Shown here in pieces: positions 59,728 to 64,000 of a stretch of 64,000 nucleotides of DNA (position 1 is the first letter of the stretch; each line of letters opens with the position of its first letter). The DNA comes from a bacterium. Lineage in GTDB: Bacteria; UBA8248. The notes beneath the pieces were generated by a model. The model did not search any database and was not told where the DNA came from. It saw only the letters and a program-made list of their open reading frames with translations. The stretch is taken from contig CBDATS010000004.1 of the NCBI GenBank assembly GCA_965200245.1, positions 512,001 to 576,000 of the forward strand, in the 5' to 3' direction. A program made the translations under genes and the position numbers.

Positions 59728-60030
59728 AAATATTTCACCTGACTGAGAATTCCCGTCTCTCACGCAGCATCGAGCATAGATGCCCTCAAAGTGAACCTGG
59801 AAAGCGAGCAACGCCGCGCGGTCTTCCTGCGTCATCCTGACAACGCGCTTTTCGCTGCGGCTGAACCCGATTCGGTTCGAAGGTCCAGACAGTCCCGACA
59901 GTCTCAAGACAGTATTTCTATAGCGATCTGAAGATACCGGCCCTGCCCCACCTCCCTGTCCTTCGCCTGATTCCTCCTGTGATTCGGCGAAGGATACGGG
60001 TAGCGGGACAGCAACGTTTCATGGAAACCT

Positions 60031-60855
60031 TCAAGCTGTCCCATCCGCTATAAGCGTCCTTAACTTCTCTGCCGCCAGCCGCGCCGCAGTCTGGATGTCG
60101 GGTTTTGAGACAATCTGGCACGTCAGGTAGTTCGTATACCCGATCGAACGCAGCGCCCCGATGACCTCGCCGAAGGGAATGTGCCCGCCACCCGGATAAA
60201 AGCGGTTGTTCTCGGCGATGTGCATGTGCCCCAGAAGCTCTTTCGATTCCAGGACGGGAACCGTGAACGACGCCTCATCCACGTTCATGTGGTAGGTATC
60301 GAGCATAAGGACAAGGGCATCGTGTCCGAGTTCATGGCAAAGGGCCGCACCCTCGGCAGCCGTATTCACGTTGTTGATCCAGTGGCTGCACAAGGGTTCC
60401 AGATAGAGTTTCGCTTCCCTTGCAGCGGCTTCATCCGCAAGGCCGAGCAACGCATCCCGCATCCATTGGACCGACGCATAACGTCGGTCGTCCTCACAGA
60501 GATTCCCGCGCGAGGATCCGATCACCAGGCCGCACCCGAACCTTTGCGCCATACCGAGAGCGTCAACGTGACGGCGGCAGGAGACCTCCCTAATCTCGGG
60601 TACGGGGTGGCACAGCCATATCCTGTCCTGAAAACCCATCGACGCCGTGTGTATCATCGAAACTGAAAGGTCCCGGCGCGAGAGTTCCTTTCCGATTTTA
60701 TCCAAGTCGAGTTCGTCGGGTTTTCGCACCGAAAGCTCCACGGCCTCGAAACCCGCCTCAGCCACGCAGTCGAGGTTTTCCTCCAGCGTTCCCTGCGCGC
60801 TGGGAAGATTGGGAGTGGAAATATCGGGCGTGGCAATCTGATAGCTCAGCTTCAC
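60031..60855 (-). CDS. sugar phosphate isomerase/epimerase (xylose isomerase-like TIM barrel)
   Basis: GFEAVEL, LEPL, DTYHMN, HMHIAENNR.YPGGG. Confidence 0.88.
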   Translation of the reverse strand: MKLSYQIATPDISTPNLPSAQGTLEENLDCVAEAGFEAVELSVRKPDELDLDKIGKELSRRDLSVSMIHTASMGFQDRIWLCHPVPEIREVSCRRHVDALGMAQRFGCGLVIGSSRGNLCEDDRRYASVQWMRDALLGLADEAAAREAKLYLEPLCSHWINNVNTAAEGAALCHELGHDALVLMLDTYHMNVDEASFTVPVLESKELLGHMHIAENNRFYPGGGHIPFGEVIGALRSIGYTNYLTCQIVSKPDIQTAARLAAEKLRTLIADGTA

Positions 60856-61310
60856 TGCAGAGACTCCTCCTCGCCTATCGCACCCCAGGATACGGCGCGG
60901 TGAGGCGTTATCTCTATCATCCAGGCGTGAATGATGATGGACCCGCGATATTGTGCATATTTCTCCTTCAAGCGTATCGCCGCTGTCTCATACGCTTCGG
61001 CGTCCGCCCTGGCGTGGATGATGACGGCACTCCCGAAAATCAGCACAAAGCCGAGTTTCGCCCAGTCGTCCTCATAATGATCTAACAGAAACGAGACTTG
61101 CGCGTTCTCGCGGATGTTCTCGAGCCTTTTCAGGCGCTCAATGTCTTTTTTCTGCTTGCCATCCACCGGAATGTATATTTTCCCGTCCACCACGGCAAAA
61201 ACGACGGGAACGACGTGGGGCGCGGCGTCCTTGTCCGCCGTCGCCAACCGCGCCACGCGTGCGCGCTCCATGAAACGCCAGGCATCGTCGGTGAGCAGTG
61301 ACGACGTCAT
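60852..61310 (-). CDS. PPOX-class probable F420-dependent oxidoreductase (Rv0121-like)
   Basis: ARVARLATAD...PHVVPVVFA, L.RLENIREN, DHYEDDW..L. Confidence 0.85.
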   Translation of the reverse strand: MTSSLLTDDAWRFMERARVARLATADKDAAPHVVPVVFAVVDGKIYIPVDGKQKKDIERLKRLENIRENAQVSFLLDHYEDDWAKLGFVLIFGSAVIIHARADAEAYETAAIRLKEKYAQYRGSIIIHAWMIEITPHRAVSWGAIGEEESLQ

Positions 61311-62851
61311 TGCGGCTTTCCATACCCGCCGCCGCCCGGCGTTATGAGCGTGAGAGTATCACCCGGCTCCATGTCGGTGGTCACTTTGGGGTCTATCTCG
61401 CAGTCGTTGATACGAACCTGTCCCCGCGCACCGGGAGAGCCGCCGAACAGTCCAGGCGCGGGCGATTTCGTGCGTTCGGCCATGAACGAGACCGTGATGC
61501 GCGCGGGCGAGTCGTTGCGGAAAACGATCCGTTGCCCGCAGCCGCCCCGGAATTTCCCGGCGCCGCCGGAGTCTCTCAGAATTTTCTTGTCCAGCAGCGT
61601 GAAGGGGGTGATACGCTCGATCACCTCTATTGGCGTGTGGGAGACGTTGCTGGGATAACTCAGGCACGAATGGCCGTCGCCACGCGCACTGGCTCCCGTG
61701 CCACCGTTCTGAAAGAAAAGTCCGGCCGTGCGCACGCCTCTCTTGTCAAGCCCTGTATAGTTCACGCACCAAAGCGGAGAGCCGCTCGCCGCGGGCACCT
61801 CCCCGGGGATGACGGGAGCAAGCGCCTCGAAAACGGCAGCGGGCAGGTAGTGGCCCACCAACATACGGCCTCCTCCGGCAGCGGGGTGGAGCGGTTCCAG
61901 AATGCTGCCCGGTTCCGTTCGCACTTCGATGGGCCGAAAACACCCCTCGTTGTTGGGAACCTCGGGACAAAGCACGCATTTGATGGGATAGACCGAATAG
62001 GCGTAGGTGTAGTTGTAGGCCACGTTGACGGCGCGATCGACCTGGGGAGAGGAACCTGCGTAGTCGATGACGAGGGAATCCCCTGTTTTCTCGATCCGTG
62101 TCCTTACCCGTATGGGTTCTGCCAGGCCGTCGGTCTCGATTTCGGAGGAAAACTCCCCATCGGGCATGCGGCGCAGGGCGTCACGCATCGCCATCTCCGA
62201 GCGGCCCTGAATCTGCTTCGTCAGCGCGCGCAAATCCTCAAGGCCGTATTCCTCGAGAAGATCGCCAAGGCGTCTTTCCGCCAGACGGTTCGCCGTGAGC
62301 TGGGCGTTGATGTCCCCCATCACCAGATCGGGCACGCGTACGTTGTAGCGGATGAGATCGATGAGCGTTTGGTCGGGTTCACCGCGCCGGTACATCTTCA
62401 TCATGGGAATCTGGAGGCCTTCCTCGTAGACTTCTCTCGGATCCGGCGAACGGATTTTTCCGCCGATGTCTGGCAGGTGGGCCGTGCTGGCCGAGAAACC
62501 GATGAATTTCTCCCGATAGAACACCGGCTTTACGATGTTCACGTCGGGGAGATGGCCCGTTCCGTACCAGATGTCATTGGTGATGAGGATATCGCCGGGT
62601 GCCAGGGTTTCGGGCGGAAAAACCCTCAGGAAGTGGCGAACCGTTATTGGCAGGGTACCGATGAACGAGGCAATGCTGGCCGAGGATTGCACGAGCGAGT
62701 GACCCTGATCGTCGGTGATCACGCAGGAGAAATCATTCGACTCGCGCACCAGCGTCGAGAAGGAAGTACGCACCAGCGTCGCCGCCGCCTCGTCCACGAT
62801 ACCGGTGAGCCTTCGCCAGAGCACTTCCAACGTGATGGGATCGAATGACAT
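61307..62851 (-). CDS. hydantoinase B / oxoprolinase family protein
   Basis: DPITLEV, SFSTLVRES.DFS, TGHLPD, HLPDIGG, TPGGGGYG. Confidence 0.93.
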   Translation of the reverse strand: MSFDPITLEVLWRRLTGIVDEAAATLVRTSFSTLVRESNDFSCVITDDQGHSLVQSSASIASFIGTLPITVRHFLRVFPPETLAPGDILITNDIWYGTGHLPDVNIVKPVFYREKFIGFSASTAHLPDIGGKIRSPDPREVYEEGLQIPMMKMYRRGEPDQTLIDLIRYNVRVPDLVMGDINAQLTANRLAERRLGDLLEEYGLEDLRALTKQIQGRSEMAMRDALRRMPDGEFSSEIETDGLAEPIRVRTRIEKTGDSLVIDYAGSSPQVDRAVNVAYNYTYAYSVYPIKCVLCPEVPNNEGCFRPIEVRTEPGSILEPLHPAAGGGRMLVGHYLPAAVFEALAPVIPGEVPAASGSPLWCVNYTGLDKRGVRTAGLFFQNGGTGASARGDGHSCLSYPSNVSHTPIEVIERITPFTLLDKKILRDSGGAGKFRGGCGQRIVFRNDSPARITVSFMAERTKSPAPGLFGGSPGARGQVRINDCEIDPKVTTDMEPGDTLTLITPGGGGYGKPQ

Positions 62852-64000
62852 TACCTGGCAACCTCGATGACGACGTGTCCGTGTGATTCCTTTCGAAAGC
62901 ACATGCCCTCGGGAACCAGGATGGTGGATTCTCGCTCCTCTACGATAGCGGGGCCTGAAAACTCCCGTCCGGCTGGCAGTGAATACCTATGATACACGCG
63001 CGCCTCCTGAAACCCGCGCTCGGGACCTTCGTATATCGTTCTTGACCCCTTGTCGAAATTCGCCTCTTCTGCAAGGTGCGCGAAGTTCATGTCACGAGGC
63101 CCCGGACCCAGCATGGTCAGCCGCCAGGCAGCCACCTCCGCCGCCACGTTCTCGATTTTTCGCAAATACCGCCGTTCATAGGCGCGCTCGAACAACTCCT
63201 GCATGCCCGCGGCGTCTCGAACCGGCATCCCCCCTTCTTCGGGCAGGGAAACGCTCACTGTATCCGTCTGCCCCCGGTAGCGCATGTCGGCTGCACACAA
63301 GAACTCCCATCGCACATCCGCGCCGAGCCTCTCCCCGAGAGAATCCTTCATCTGCGCGGACATGTCCCGATACAACTCCTCGACATACGTCCAGTCGACA
63401 GCACCCACGTCGGACACCAGCACACGGACGGCGTCCGCCCTCGGTCTCGCCGCCAGGAGACCGGCTGCGGAGGCCACACCCACATCCGGCGGGCAGACGA
63501 TGCGGCTGATGTAGAGTTTTTTCGCCATGTGGCAGGCGTGCAGAGGTGCGGCGCCACCCGTGGCAATCAGGGCATAGTTTCTGGGATCGCCTCCTTTTTC
63601 AGCGATGTGCACGCGCGCCGCGCTCGCCATCTGCTCCGTGATGATCTCGTAAATCCCCCATGCTGCGTCTTCCATGCCCATGTCCAGTTGTTCGGCCAAA
63701 GATGAGACGGCCTCCCGCGCTTTTTCCGGATCGAGCCGCATCGTGCCGCCCAAAAAGAACTCGGGATCCAGGTAGCCCAGGAGCAGATTTGCATCCGTAA
63801 CAGTGGGTTGCGTGCCTCCCTGAGCGTAGCAGGCGGGCCCCGGTATTGCACCCGCGCTCCGGGGGCCGACGCGAATCAGTCCCAGGTCGCTTATCTGCGC
63901 GATACTGCCGCCTCCAGCACCGACCTCGACCAGATCCACCGTCGGTGAAAGGATGGGCAGGCCACTTCCTTTCTGGAACCTCGAGGTTCTCGCCACCTCG
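62851..64000 (-). CDS. hydantoinase A / oxoprolinase family protein (start outside window)
   Basis: EVGAGGGSIA, GPRSAGA.PGPACY, TVTDANL, DMRYRGQ. Confidence 0.92.
   Translation of the reverse strand, partial: EVARTSRFQKGSGLPILSPTVDLVEVGAGGGSIAQISDLGLIRVGPRSAGAIPGPACYAQGGTQPTVTDANLLLGYLDPEFFLGGTMRLDPEKAREAVSSLAEQLDMGMEDAAWGIYEIITEQMASAARVHIAEKGGDPRNYALIATGGAAPLHACHMAKKLYISRIVCPPDVGVASAAGLLAARPRADAVRVLVSDVGAVDWTYVEELYRDMSAQMKDSLGERLGADVRWEFLCAADMRYRGQTDTVSVSLPEEGGMPVRDAAGMQELFERAYERRYLRKIENVAAEVAAWRLTMLGPGPRDMNFAHLAEEANFDKGSRTIYEGPERGFQEARVYHRYSLPAGREFSGPAIVEERESTILVPEGMCFRKESHGHVVIEVAR

Overview
GC-rich bacterial window made up mostly of catabolic and housekeeping enzyme genes: greA, ispB, maf, thiI, two hydantoinase/oxoprolinase A/B pairs, several PLP enzymes, a complete group-1 mrpABCDEFG Na+/H+ antiporter operon, a succinyl-CoA-ligase-like/ThDP-enzyme operon, a ferredoxin, an amidase and solA. 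These are interspersed with many decayed genes (two MNT-HEPN toxin-antitoxin pairs, arsC/aquaporin, IS remnants, an OMP, an ABC-transporter deletion fusion). The gene content and erosion resemble a host-associated lineage such as a sponge-symbiont Nitrospinota/Tectomicrobia-like organism (inference only). Four signals are missed or split by the ORF track. (1) Two probable selenoproteins have in-frame UGA at the catalytic Cys plus SECIS-like hairpins: an OsmC-like protein (15343-15906) and a tandem rhodanese (54998-55846). (2) An orphan NHLP-leader RiPP precursor has its GG site and core LYDNPYYGS hidden by a frameshift and lies between perfect 29-bp inverted repeats. (3) A three-gene periplasmic cluster combines Asn-Pro-Cys repeat proteins with SoxA-like and diheme cytochromes c. 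(4) A surface-lipoprotein locus is permuted around a 193-bp direct repeat. No rRNA, tRNA or CRISPR array was seen. All family assignments come from motifs recognised by eye, not from database searches.
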